A DNA stretch of 64,000 bases, taken from the NCBI GenBank assembly GCA_032718475.1, contig JAUCBJ010004543.1, forward strand, positions 62,001-126,000, read 5' to 3'. This DNA is from Nemertoderma westbladi. Its lineage: Eukaryota; Animalia; Xenacoelomorpha. Both the position numbers and the translations under genes were made by a program. Positions 1-13,200 of this stretch are shown one piece after another (the stretch's first letter is position 1; each line of letters opens with the position of its first letter). The notes beneath the pieces were generated by a model. It had not been told where the DNA came from, made no database searches, and saw only the letters and a list, made by a program, of their open reading frames with translations.

Positions 1-240
1 CGGTTAGCAGATAGGAGTAGCGCCCACCCCTACCTTCGGGTAGCAGATAGGAGTAGCGCCCACCCCTACCTTCGGTTAGCAGATAGGAGTAGCGCCCACC
101 CCTACCTTCGGGTAACAGATAGGAGTAGCGCCCACCCCTACCTTCGGTTAGCAGATAGGAGTAGCGCCCACCCCTACCTTCGGTTAGCGTCTATCGAAAG
201 AGGAGCTTTCGGGTCGCCTCCAGCTTTGGCCGACTGTTAG
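1..240 (+). repeat. ~36-bp tandem repeat (x5) formed from a SINE 3' tail, continuing into the rest of the tail
   Basis: Unit cggttagcagataggagtagcgcccacccctacctt. The last unit plus 190-237 closely matches the reverse complement of 32485-32568. Confidence 0.75.
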
Positions 241-1268
241 CATGCTTTAGTTCAATTGGTGCATCAGGGCAATTCGCAAACTTTATTGTTGGTATAAATA
301 AACTCACATTGATATATTTGTTATTCGTAAAATGATGGAGCTTTGCCAATATTAATTATTGAGAAAACAAAATAATATAATAATATATTTTATAATAAAA
401 TAAAATAAATATGTTTAGATGTAATACGTTATTCTACAAAATTACCACCCCCCCCCCCCCCCCCCACCCCCCCTGGGTCGCAGTAAACCATAGTATATAC
501 CAAAACAATAAAATAGGACATGGGGTCTACATGGGGACATAGTTTATACCGGTATATAGAAGATTTTGTAATCGTTATGGATCCATTCACACTTTGCTTC
601 CAGGAACTACCGGAAGTCGTTTCCGCCATTAGCATGGTTATTTTGGTGTCATTGATAGCCTAAATATCTGAAATGTCAAAATGCCAATTGCTGATTGATG
701 GCACTCATTGTAGGTGTTTAGCAGTATAAGCACGCGGTACAGAATCGTCCGCCATTTTTAGAAAAATATGCCAATGTATTTGAGGATAAAAATATACCTT
801 TATATATAGGAAAATGAGCTGCATTGATCACTATTGGCTTTTTTTCGTATAATTGCATAACTCATAAATCCCATTTTTTATTTTTATGTGAACCCCATAC
901 CCATAATCACTGTCTGAAACCATAATACCGGTATCTGGTACCACAAATACTTTTCGAAATATTGTATTTGGACTGGCACGGGAGTGTTTCAGGTGCTCTA
1001 CATCTACAGTGTAGGAACTGTTAATAAAACATTCATGGGTTTCTGTGGAATAGATAGTAAAGTTTTAACAGAAACTTTTTATTTCACAATTCCCCCTCCT
1101 ATGTTGTTCCTTGATTTGAATGATTTATATAAGTTTCAGTACATGCTATACAGTATATGTTTCAGTATATTATGTTCCTGTATTTCCGGTCAATACTGTC
1201 ATAACTTTGTAAACGAGTGACTTGACTGTGTATTTCTTATTAATCAATTGTATAATTATTTTTCTTAG

Positions 1269-4200
1269 AGTTCACCTCAATTCACTCGTAAGCGGCTTCC
1301 AACAACAGACAAGGAAGTTGATTTACTGGTTCAGAGAGGCGTGCTGCCAGCCAAGCTGAGAGATTGGGATGGCAAAGCACGTGCAATTGAAGTATCCCGG
1401 CATATAGTGGATGACGAGGGTAGGGAAGTGACAGAACAAAGGCAATTTAAGCCAGGTGATGTTAAACTGGCGAACTTTATCAAAGAAACCCAGCAACGTG
1501 GGGAAAAACCCTTGTTTAAGACCATCTACGATTTGACCATTAATCACGGTGGAGAACTCTCACCAATATCAACTGCATCTACTGCTCCTGCATTGCGGAG
1601 GCTCAAAACCATGGCGACTGAGTCATCTCGAACATTAACTACCCCAATTCCATTAGATGAAGAAGTCTCATTGCGACCCTCCCAGTTTTTTGATAAACTG
1701 ATAAACTTGGATCACATTCAAATATCGCATTCACCTAGAACTGACAATCATATTGCTGTGACATTGACTAAGGTCTCTAGTAGAAATGAAAACACCGTCG
1801 TTGAGCAAAGAGTCTATGTGGCTTATGATGTTAAGCGATCTTTGAAATATCCTTCGCAGGTAGAAAATTCCGGGTCTTCACAAACTCATCAATATTTCGA
1901 ACTTTTTATGAAAACTTTGAGAGAAGATGGATCCGCTGATATATTGCGAAAGATATATAAAAAGTCAGACCCTGAATTATATTCCTTGATTGACGAAGAT
2001 GTATTAATACAAGGAAAAACATTATCTCTTAGCTTCCCAGCTCCTTTATCTAAAGAGGATCAGGACTTATTTATTCATAAGCCTGGCCCATTATCAAAAG
2101 AATGGAAACGAAGACTTATGAAATCAATCAATTCAGATCTTGCTAACAGTGATAAACCATTTAAATCTTTATCTGGTGCACAAAAGTTAAATCCTGTTTG
2201 CCCCCCTTGCTCATATGAGATCTACCTTCGGCCTCTAACAATGGGGTGCATTGAACAGACTTCATCTAATAAAGGAATTCATTCCCTCAGCATCACTATT
2301 GGATACATCGATGCTGCACATTCTGAGGAAATTGTTGAAGTCTATACTTACCGTACTAAAATTCATCCTGAAATATCAAAGTATAAGATAGACTATTCAA
2401 CCTCTCATGTAAGTTTAGAGCAATCTTTTATTAACACTAATGGTGCTTTGGTTAGCGATACAAAAGAATTTGAAGATGCCAGCGCATCAAAATTAGTCAC
2501 GCCAAGTGGAAATATTGACAGAGTAAAAGATCTATTTTTGATTTCGCGTCTTGAAGCTGTTGAAATTGGTCACTGTTTGCCTTCCGAATCCCGTCAGGAT
2601 TTAACTCTTTCCTTAAACAATTTGCAAGTGATCCCGGAGAGTCAAGAAGTGTCATTTGATACCATGGAAATACTTCTTAGTAAATTACATTCTTCTTCCC
2701 TTTATAAATGTAATTTGGAAGATGTTAGAATTAGTTTTATAAAGGAATTTGTGCAACAGGGGCAGCCTTTACTTGCTATTCAAACAGTTTCTGAAGAGTT
2801 GAATAATGCACAGAAACTTGAGCTTCGAAAATACCGCGGGAAGCTTACTTCTTGGCATGTTTGTTCAGATATTGACCCTAGTTTACTAAGTGAAGATGCC
2901 ATAGACAATTATGTAGATGTGAAGATAGAGTGTAATGAAATGGGACATCCAGTTATTGAGCACAAATGGTTACAGCAAGGGAATTCCGATTTGAAAAAGT
3001 TTGTGTTATCAGAAATGGGTGGAAAAATCAGTAATGCTTGTTTGAAGTTTGAAATTAATTTATCTGATTCTACTAAAGACTTTTCCAATATACCATTACT
3101 TGGCCGAAATGCTCGCCGTGTTAATAGTGATTACATAAATATGGATAATGTTCTAGAGGTTACAATAAATAAATTGCGAAATGCATCAATTACACACTAT
3201 AAGTACAGCTCAGATAATCATCGAATTCTTGTATGCACGAGTGTTGTTAATGAGAGAGGTAGAATACATTTAGAACTTAAGGAATATCACGTGTTGCCAC
3301 CGGAATTTCATAGAGTTGTGATTCAACCACCATCTGTTGAGCAGCAACCAATTTACAGTTTATTCACTGCAACTGCTATGACAAATATGCTAAAACATGC
3401 ATTAGGTGTTACATCTTATGAACAGACATTGCCAGACTTCGAACGTACATTACATTCTGAAGTTGATACTGTTCCTTTTGTACATGAGATACAAATTCCT
3501 ACTGCTTATGAGTCTCTCGAAATACCTGTATTTTCTCCACCACCGAAAGAGGATCAATCACATCTTCGTAAAAGTCATGTTGCTAATGCCAATATAGAGA
3601 TAAATGGCATTGACAATTTGAAATTGAGTCGCGAAATTATTGATGATGAATCCTCTATAATGGATCATGCTTCTAAACAACAGCAATTGTCTTCAATTGA
3701 AATTCATTCCAAGAAGGTGAGTACTGTTGATAGATTATACAGGGATGAAACCGCATCTCCTATTGAAATCATAACTAAAATGCCTCAGGCAAGTTTTGAA
3801 GTCAGTGTCATGCAAAAGCGTCATGAAGAAGTGAATGATGATGAAAAATTTGTTGTGCTAACAGTTACTACTACTGATAATGATGGCAATGAAGTTCTTG
3901 AAGGTATGAAATATTTTCATGACGACCCACAGGTAGCAATTCGGATGAGGGATGATCCGAGCCTCGATTTAATCTCATATTCTACATGGATAAAACTCGA
4001 AAATGAATATGGATCTTCTGATATTAACAGAGAATTGCAGCCAGCTAAACCTAATGTATGTGTGTCAGTTTCTGGTGTTGAAATGTCACCAGACAGAGCT
4101 TTCAGGGAGGGTTTCTTGTTTCCAGAAGAATATCTTGGCATCAAACGAATGGAAGAAGAAGCAATTTTCCAATGGGGCAATAAGGAAGCATCATTATTGT

Positions 4201-7200
4201 CTCAAACTAAGTCATCAAATGCAGGACTATTTGTTCCATGGGAGCAATTACTGTTTAAAGATCCCAAAACTGGTGCTCTGGTTTCTCCCAAGGGTGCTTT
4301 GGATAGGGGAATTATTACTGATACAGATTTCCATGGCCTTAGTAAATCACCACCTATGTATTCCAATGTGCGCATAAGTCACCCTATTTCTGGACGTGAT
4401 GTATCTCCAATGGATGCTTTAACAGAAGGTATAATAAACTCTAGCGAATATTGTGATATCAGCTTGCAACATCAACAGTTTGGTAACGTATCGCAGTACT
4501 CTCAGATTAGATTAGAGGAAAGTGTAAGTGGATCTGATCATTCATTAATTAAGGATCCAATAACAGGGAATTCTGTAAATGTGGATGAAGCTTTAGACAT
4601 GAGTATCATCTCTAAAAAGGAATATGATGACATAGTTAGAAGTAACATGTTCTCAAATTTTGTAATCAGTTGTGAAGGAACAGGTACAAAAATGGATCCT
4701 GTGGAGGCTCTTCAAAAAGGGTTGATAACAACTGATCAGTTTAGAGATATTTATAATGAAGTTTCTAGATATACTGTTAAATTGCAGGATAAAGAAGGCA
4801 ACAGGATGTCATTGGAAGAGGCAGTTGATTGTGGCATTTTGGCACCCAAAGATTACAGTGACATTAAGGAGGTGCTCAGTCTCAATACATGTTCGTCATT
4901 TATTATTGAACCATCAACAGGTAGACCAATATCAACGGAATTAGCTTTGGCATGCTGCCTAATTACTTTACCAGATTATTGTTCTATGAAGAGGCAAGGT
5001 TGTGAAAATGCAGCACTTATTTATGATAGTTCGAATAAAAAACTTTATAGTTTGCAAATGGCTATGCATTTAGGGTTGATTAGCCAGAGTGATGCACGTG
5101 GAATTAGAGACAACATCGAAGATGCAAATCTTGTGTTTTCGTCAACTCTTAATAGAAGTATTACATTGGAAGACGGGCTAGCAGCTGGTGTCATAAATGT
5201 GAGGCAATATTGTAAACAGAAGAGATCTTCAATCGAGCGTAAAGTTTACTTAAAAGATTCCAATTCCGGATTTTATTCTTCTGCAGATGAGAGTCTGCAC
5301 AAGCAGTTGGTGACACCACAAGTCTACTCAGACATTCTTGATACAGTGGCTAGGTACCGTCCTAATATCTATATAATGGACCCTAGCAATGAAGGCCATC
5401 AATTAGAAGTGGAATCGGCATTACTATTGGGTATTATTTCGACAGATGAGTTCCAGAGGTTGGTAGAGAAGGCATATACTGCTGATATATCATTTACTGA
5501 TCCAAAAAGTGGGAGACAGTTATCAGCTGATGAAGCTTATACTCGTGGAATTATCACCCAAGATCAATACAATGCAATACTTGAAAATAAAGCAAGTACA
5601 CTCATTATAACAGATCCAAGGACAGGTAGACAATACACAGCTGAAAAGGCTTTAAGAGATGGGGTGATTACTCATGAAGAATATAACAATATGACAAAGC
5701 ATATTATTTTATCTAAACCAAAAAAAGTTCCATCCAGCTTAAAAAATGTTGCAGTTATTCATCCCTCTACAGGTGTCCGTTTAACTGCTAAGGAAGCTCT
5801 TGATAAAAATTTGATTAATGAGGCTGCCTATCAAAAGCTTTTATCACATGAACAACCCATAGCTACTACACCATGCACAACACCTGTAATCAGCATGTTA
5901 GATGTGGATTCGGGGGATAAATTATCATTAATGGAGGCTTTTGAAAGGGGTGTTATGGACTATGCAACATACGAAAATTTGATGTCAACAAGGGGAGATG
6001 GTATTCGATCACTTGAGCTGCCAAAACGAATTTTTATATCAGATCCTGATACTGGTAATAATTTGAGCATTGAGCAGGCTTTGCAGAGAGGTCTTATTTC
6101 TCAAGATCAATATCATAAGCTTTTGGCAGAGGGTACTCCAATTGGGAAAGAAGACCACGAATCATCTGAAAGTAATCTGAAAGGAAAAGAAAGTATTGCC
6201 CTGGAACAGGCGCTACAAATGGGTATGATTGATAAAAAGCAGTATGACAGCATTATTAAGGAACAAAACGTCTCAATTGAACATAGAATTACGCAAGACG
6301 TTCCAGAAGATATTCCGACCTCTGTAATTACAAAACCTGGGTTTGATACTATGCAGCATCCATCGGACAGTGTAGGTGCGAAGCTGACAACCATGTTTTT
6401 TGTTGATCCGGTGACTGGTGTGAAAATGGATCTTGATAAAGCTAAAAGCTTAGGTATCATTAGTGATGAAGAATATAGATCAATGAAATCCAAACAACTC
6501 AAGGATAGTGGTCTTCTTTCTAACCTCCAGCTAGCATCTTACGTTTCTGTAACTCATCCAATAACAGGTGAATCAATTTCCTTCGAACAAGCTTTTACTG
6601 ATGGATTAATTGATGAAGCAAGATTGACACGTGTTCTTAATACCCAACAGGAGGTAGGAGTTATAAATGAAGTAACAAATCAGGTTGAAGTTGACCGTAC
6701 TGCAAGAATAATTGATTCAAAAACTGGTGAAGCACTTAATCCTAAAGATGCTTTTGATTGCGGTCTTATTGATGAATCAGCTTACAATGATCTTACAATG
6801 ACTTATTCAGATAAGGGCATAAATAATAAACCACAAATAACTGATGACAAATCTGCCAGAAGAAATGGAAAGGATTTACTTTTTTCTGGAAAAGAAGCTG
6901 TTAAAACAGTGAGACGAATTGCGAGGGAGGAAACTCGTGCGATTATAACGGATCCTAGAACTGGATATGAAATGAATTTAGAGGATGCTCTCAATGAAGG
7001 AGTTATATCCGATGACATGTATATTAAACTGAAGAGTGCTGAAACCCAATCACAGAGACATCTGGAAACTCTGTCTCTTCCTAAACAAATTTTAATAACA
7101 AATCCTCATTCAGGGGAGACACTTTTATTAGATGAAGCTTATGATGAAGGTTTGATTGATGAGGATACTTATTCTAAGTTAAAAAGTCGAGAACAATTTC

Positions 7201-10200
7201 AAGATGCTACTGCTGTTAGGGAATTCTCGAGTTCTTCACAAAATTTAACTCCTGTCTTTTCTAATGATCCTATTATGGTGGTAGATAAAAAAGGGACAGA
7301 ATATACTCTCGATGAAGCTTTAGCAAAGGGTTTTCTTACGGAACCAGTTTATAATAAGTTTAAATATGACGACAATGCACCAAAGAGTGGAAGGCAGGTT
7401 GCACCAGCTGATGAACTTAAAACAGGCATCTTTGATGGTGAAACGTACTACAAATTGAAGGAAGAGCAAGGATCTGATTACATTGTTCAAGATCCCTTTA
7501 CTAAAAAAGACTATAATTTAGAGAGTGCTCTCCTGGCAAATGTAATCGACAAGGATACATATGATAAATTAAAGAATTATCAAAAACTGGATTCTGGTAC
7601 ACAGAATCTTGGAGCTATTGAAATTGAACCAAGGGTTACAATTGAGGATCCCTCTACATCACTTCAGTATACACCCGAGGAAGCTTTGCAATCAGGTTTG
7701 ATTGATGAGGCAGCATATCACTCTCTTCTAAAAGCATCACTAACAGATAGTGAAATAAAATCAAGGAAAATACCTTCTCCATCAACAGTTCGAACTAAAG
7801 ATGGCAAAGAAATATCGTTACTCAAGGCAAGGGACTGTGGAATTATTGATGAATTAACATTTAAACAAATGCAATTAATGACTACAGCTGAGCAAGAATT
7901 TTATGAAGTGGTTTATCCTCATATATTTGCTATCCCAGATACAGCAAGTTTGCAGATGTTAGATTTAGATGAAGCACATGATAAGGGCTTTATTAGTGAT
8001 GACTACTTTGATATTTTGGACAAGTCTCGATTGGAAAATATGGTGACATTAGAGATACCAACTAAAATTGTTGTTTTAGATGAGAACACTCGCGAGCGTA
8101 TCGATCTGGATGAAGGTTTGAAAAGACATTTAGTGTCTGATGAAACTTATCGAAAACTCTCTGCACAACAAGATAACGAATCGAAGGCATTTATCAAACA
8201 GATTGTTGATGCAATTTCTGTCATTGATCCTAATACTAGTGAAGAATTGAGTATTGCTGAAGCATTAGCTAAAGGAATTATTGATGAAGTGATGCTTGAA
8301 CAATTCAAGGAACTTAAGTGTCGTGTTACTGACACTAAAAGTTTGCAATACGTCAAAATGACAAAACCTCTTTCTGAAAGAGAGATAGTTTCACCGAAAC
8401 AATCTATTGACCCAAGAAGTTCCCCACTTGATTACAGTTTTAAAGTTATGAAACTATATCATATTCCAACAAACAAAGTAATGCATATGTCGGATGCAAT
8501 TGCGTTGAATTTCATTTCTCCTGATCAGTATAATGAATGGGCTAAGAGAGTTCGAACAAACAGTGAAATATTTTCTTCATTAGCAGTTGCTGAAAAAAAA
8601 GGAGATAGACTTTTATCACTTGATGAAGCATTGAAAAAAGGTATAATTAATAATGACAAGTGGAAATCATTGATGGATGTCGATTTTGATAACAGTCAAT
8701 TGTCATCTCCATCATTAAAGATTGATGTGGGTGATTCTTTTGTAGATGAAGATACTAATTGGAGTGCAAATTCCCCACTTGAAAAGTGTACTATATATGA
8801 CGTAGCTTCAAATTCAGTGGTGCAGTTTGGTGATGCTGTTTCTCAAGGATTAATTTCAGAACTGCAGCATAGAAAACTTATTCTTCAATATGTTTGTAAT
8901 ACTAATTACTGCAAATTACTTACCATTGATCAAATATCACAAACTGTTATGCCAGCAACTGATGCATTTGAAATTGGAATGATAGATAGGGAGAATTATG
9001 ATCAACTGAAAGATCAACTGTTGGAGGCGTTCTCTCCTATTGTATTGGAGGAAGTAATGATTGTTGATGCAGTCACTGGGAGTTGTTTTCCAATCAAGGA
9101 TGCATATAACACTGGTATGATCTCACTCCAACAGTACAAGAAATTGGAAGGATCAGAAGACTCTAATAAATTGTTTATATTTGATTCTATGACTGGGAAT
9201 GTTTATGCGCCTCTAGAAGCTGTAGAGAATGGAATTATTTCTGTGGAAGATTATTGTTCATCAAATTCTACTGGAATTAACCCTGCCTCTATTAGTATAC
9301 TAGACTCTGTTAGTGGAGATTTGATAACTTTGAAAGATGCACTTAAGGATAACATTGTATCATATTCTGCCTACAAAACTACTATTGAAAATGCTGTAGT
9401 TGAACCATTATCTATATCAAAGGTTATGGTTGCAAGTACCCAAAATATAATTTCTTGCCTCGAGGCTTTGAAACGAGGAATTTTGTCACCCGACATGTTG
9501 TGTGATCTTAGGGCATTGGAACCTAGGGCATTTGATTACTGTGACATTAGTGGTTCTAACGTGGTTATGTCAGAATCCAATAATGTTATGAGTTTGGAAA
9601 ATGCTTTATCTTTGGCACTAATATCCCAAACAGAATATGATTTGAATCTTTCAGACAACAAAAAATTTGGTAGGCAAGACTTCACAATGAAATCTGTAAT
9701 TCCATTGGAAGGTGTAAAGAAAGTCGATGCTGACACCGTTGATGCTGTGGACTCACCACCATCTTTGAAATCTATGGAGTTACTTATATATGACCCTCAC
9801 TCTAATCTAGCCATTTCAATGGATCAAGCATTACAGCAGGATTTAGTAGAAATTGATCAGTATATTCGTGTTTGTTCTGTACTGTCTACAACCCCGGAAT
9901 GTGTCACCAAGGTGATGGTTCTCGATGTAAACAATCAATTAATCATTTCGCCAACTGAAGCCCTCCAAAAGGGAACTATAACCCCAGAAATTTATGACCA
10001 GCTTCCATCTGTTGATAGTCGAGCTTTCGCGACAGCCAAGCCATTAGGAATTACAGTGTATGAACCAAGGTCAGAACAATTTCTTCCCATTGAAGACGCA
10101 TTGCATAATGGTTTAGTCAGTGATGACGAATTTCAAAATGTACGTGACCGACTCACTAATAAACCATACTTACTAACCAAAGGGCTTATACTTGATTCTA

Positions 10201-13200
10201 AAACGGGTACCCTGGAAACTGTTTTCAAGGCTTTGAATGATGCAGCTATAACACCTGAAACATATGATAAACTAAACACATATAAGCCTCAAATATTCAG
10301 TCCTGCCAGACCTTGCGGTATCGTTCTGGTGAATCCCATCACTGAGGAATCATTTGCGATAGAAACCGCTTTTCAGAATCAGCTAATCAGGCCTGCTGAT
10401 TTTCACTCAATTATGGAGAAATTGGAAAATAATCCTGAGTCTGTTAGAAAGTGTTACATTCTTGATTCGAACTCTGGAGGAATACACCGCATTGAGGAGG
10501 CATTGGATTCTAAATTGATAACACCGGAAATTTTTGATAGTTTAATTAAACAGCATCCAGAACTCAAACAAATTATGTGTCCAACTGGTATGTTCTTGTA
10601 TAACATAAATACAGGCAAAACGATGGAAATTGAAGATGCGCTGTTTGCAAAACTTATTACTGTACAGGAGTTTGAAAATGTTGTACATAGAGCTAAGCAT
10701 AACCCAAAGTCGACCCTGAAATTAGTTGTGTTTGACCCTAAGTCACGGCAATTATGCAACATTTTAGAAGCATTTGACAAGAAGGTTATAGTCCCAAAAC
10801 AATATAACGAAATTAAGAGGAACCCATATGCACTGCAAACTTTGAAACCAGTCGGGGTAGATTTATATATTCCGGAGACATGTCATATTCTCAGTTGTGA
10901 AGATGCATGGTGCAAAGCCTTAATTTCTGAGAATACATTAGGAAAGATTATTGAAAACATTGATTCTAGTCCTGAGTTGTTTTCTTTGATAATGGTGCTA
11001 GATAAAGAAAAACAAGTTATTGTTACCCCTCTCCATGCTGTTGACACATCTCTTATCAGTGTAGAAGAGTACAACAATTTGATGTGCCAGAGACCAGATT
11101 CATTGAAGCCTGTCAAACCATTAGGTATCAAGATTTATGATACAGTTTCGGGAACTGCAGTCCCTGTTGAGCAGGCCTTACAATCATCACTTCTCTCAGA
11201 GGACACATATTTCGACTTACTAAATAAGCTATCCAATGAACCATACTCTGTAATGAAGCTTATGGTGTTACACCCCACTAATGGATCTCTCGTTTCCTCA
11301 CAAAAGGCCCTCGAAGAAAAGTTGATTACACCAGAACTTTATACTCACATATTAAAGGAGTATCCCGCATCCATTGTAAGCTATCAACCAATTGGTATTA
11401 CTGTATATGATGCGAACACTTGGCAGTCATGGTCGTTAGGTGAAGCACTTCAACAAAATCTAATTCCTCACCATACTTATGCTAAATTTTTGCATAACCT
11501 TTCGAAGAACCCAGAACAGATTACTAAAATGATGATCATTGATGATCGCAAACAATTAATTACCCCAATTGATGCTGTTGATGCTGGGAAATTAGATGTT
11601 ACAATGATAGACAATATTAAGGAACATCAACCAACATCTCTTGAGACAGTGAAACCTCTACCTATTCGGGTGTATAATCCAGATTCATGTGTGACATGCA
11701 GCATTGAGGAAGCAGTAAGAAATAATATGTTATCTGTTGAACAATACCATAAATTGTTGAAAAAAATAAAAGATAATCATGTTGATGTTCCTAAACTTCT
11801 AATATATAATGCCGTAACATCGGATTTAATTCACCCCGATAGAGCTCTGCGAAAAAGAATAATTACACCAGAAGTTTACACACAACTTCTGGAGGAAGAT
11901 CCTCATGCTTTAGAGTCAGTAAAACCTTGTGGTGTCTTTCTGTATAATCCACAAACTAAACTATCAATGTCCGCCGAAGAAGCATTACATAATCATTTGA
12001 TAACTCCATCGGTATATAAATTCCTTCTGCAGGATATTAAACTTCGTCCAGAACACATTACCAATTTGATGGTGATTGAACACTCTGATTCTCTCCTAAA
12101 CCCATTCACAGCTAATGATATTGGGTTGATAACACCAGAATCATTTGACGGGCTTAGCAATGTGGCTGAGCGACCGCTTGATAGTATTAATCCTATTGGA
12201 GTAAATATTTCAATATCTGGGAGTGATCTTATTTCTGCCGAACAAGCGCTGAATGGAGGTATAATTTCACAAGAACAATTTGATAGATTGAAACAACGGC
12301 GTCGAACTAAACCTGAGAGATTGACTCATGTTATGATTCTTGATTCCAAAGGAGAATTTCATAACCCTTTTGATGCGGTTAGTTCGAATGTCATTACCCC
12401 CATGCAGTTTGATGAATTGAAAGAGTTACAACCAAATTCGATACAATCGATAGCACCTTTGGGTGTAACAGTTATGGATCCTAAAACTAAGTTGGAGTTA
12501 TCTGCTGAGGCTGCACTTAATTCTGGGGTAATTCCACCTGAAGCATTCTACAAACTAAAACGCCAGGTAGCTGAACAACCAGAGTCAGTGACCCAATTAA
12601 TGGTAATGGATGCTGAAACTAAGCAACTCATAACTCCAGGTGATGCTGTAGATGAAGCTGTATTATCTCCTGACCAATATGATGCTATTAGAGACTCAAG
12701 ACCTGAAGCAACGCAATTCTTAAAACCATCTGGGATATACATCTTAGATCCACGTACTAACGATATTATTTCACTTGAAGAAACACTCAATAGGGGTTTG
12801 ATTACTCCTGAGAAACATAAAGAAGTGTTGCGGACATTAAAGGATGAACCGGAGGGCCTTACAAAGTTGCTAGTTTTAGACCCAGATTCGGGTGAGCTTT
12901 TTATTCCCCGTGATGCTGTAGACCACCAACTTATTAATGATGATATTTATGAGTCACTGAAGAATCGACACCCTGGTTACTTCTTGCCTGTTAGACCAAC
13001 TGGACTCAAAATTCTACATCCACGGAATAATTATCCTATGTCATTAGAGCAAGCTTTAGCAAACGACATAATATCTCCAGATAGATATAAAGAGTTTGCT
13101 CAACGTGTTCGCGAAGAGCCTGAATGTATGTCTCGGCTTAGCATCATAAGTCCCAAGAATGGCACACTATTGACACCAGAAGAGGCCCTAGCTACTGGGG

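Noticed and set aside
448-473. Poly-C/poly-G runs (also ~28369, ~40160, ~53670, ~63085) as regulatory G-quadruplexes
   Set aside because: Simple homopolymers with no supporting context; their lengths are also error-prone in assemblies.
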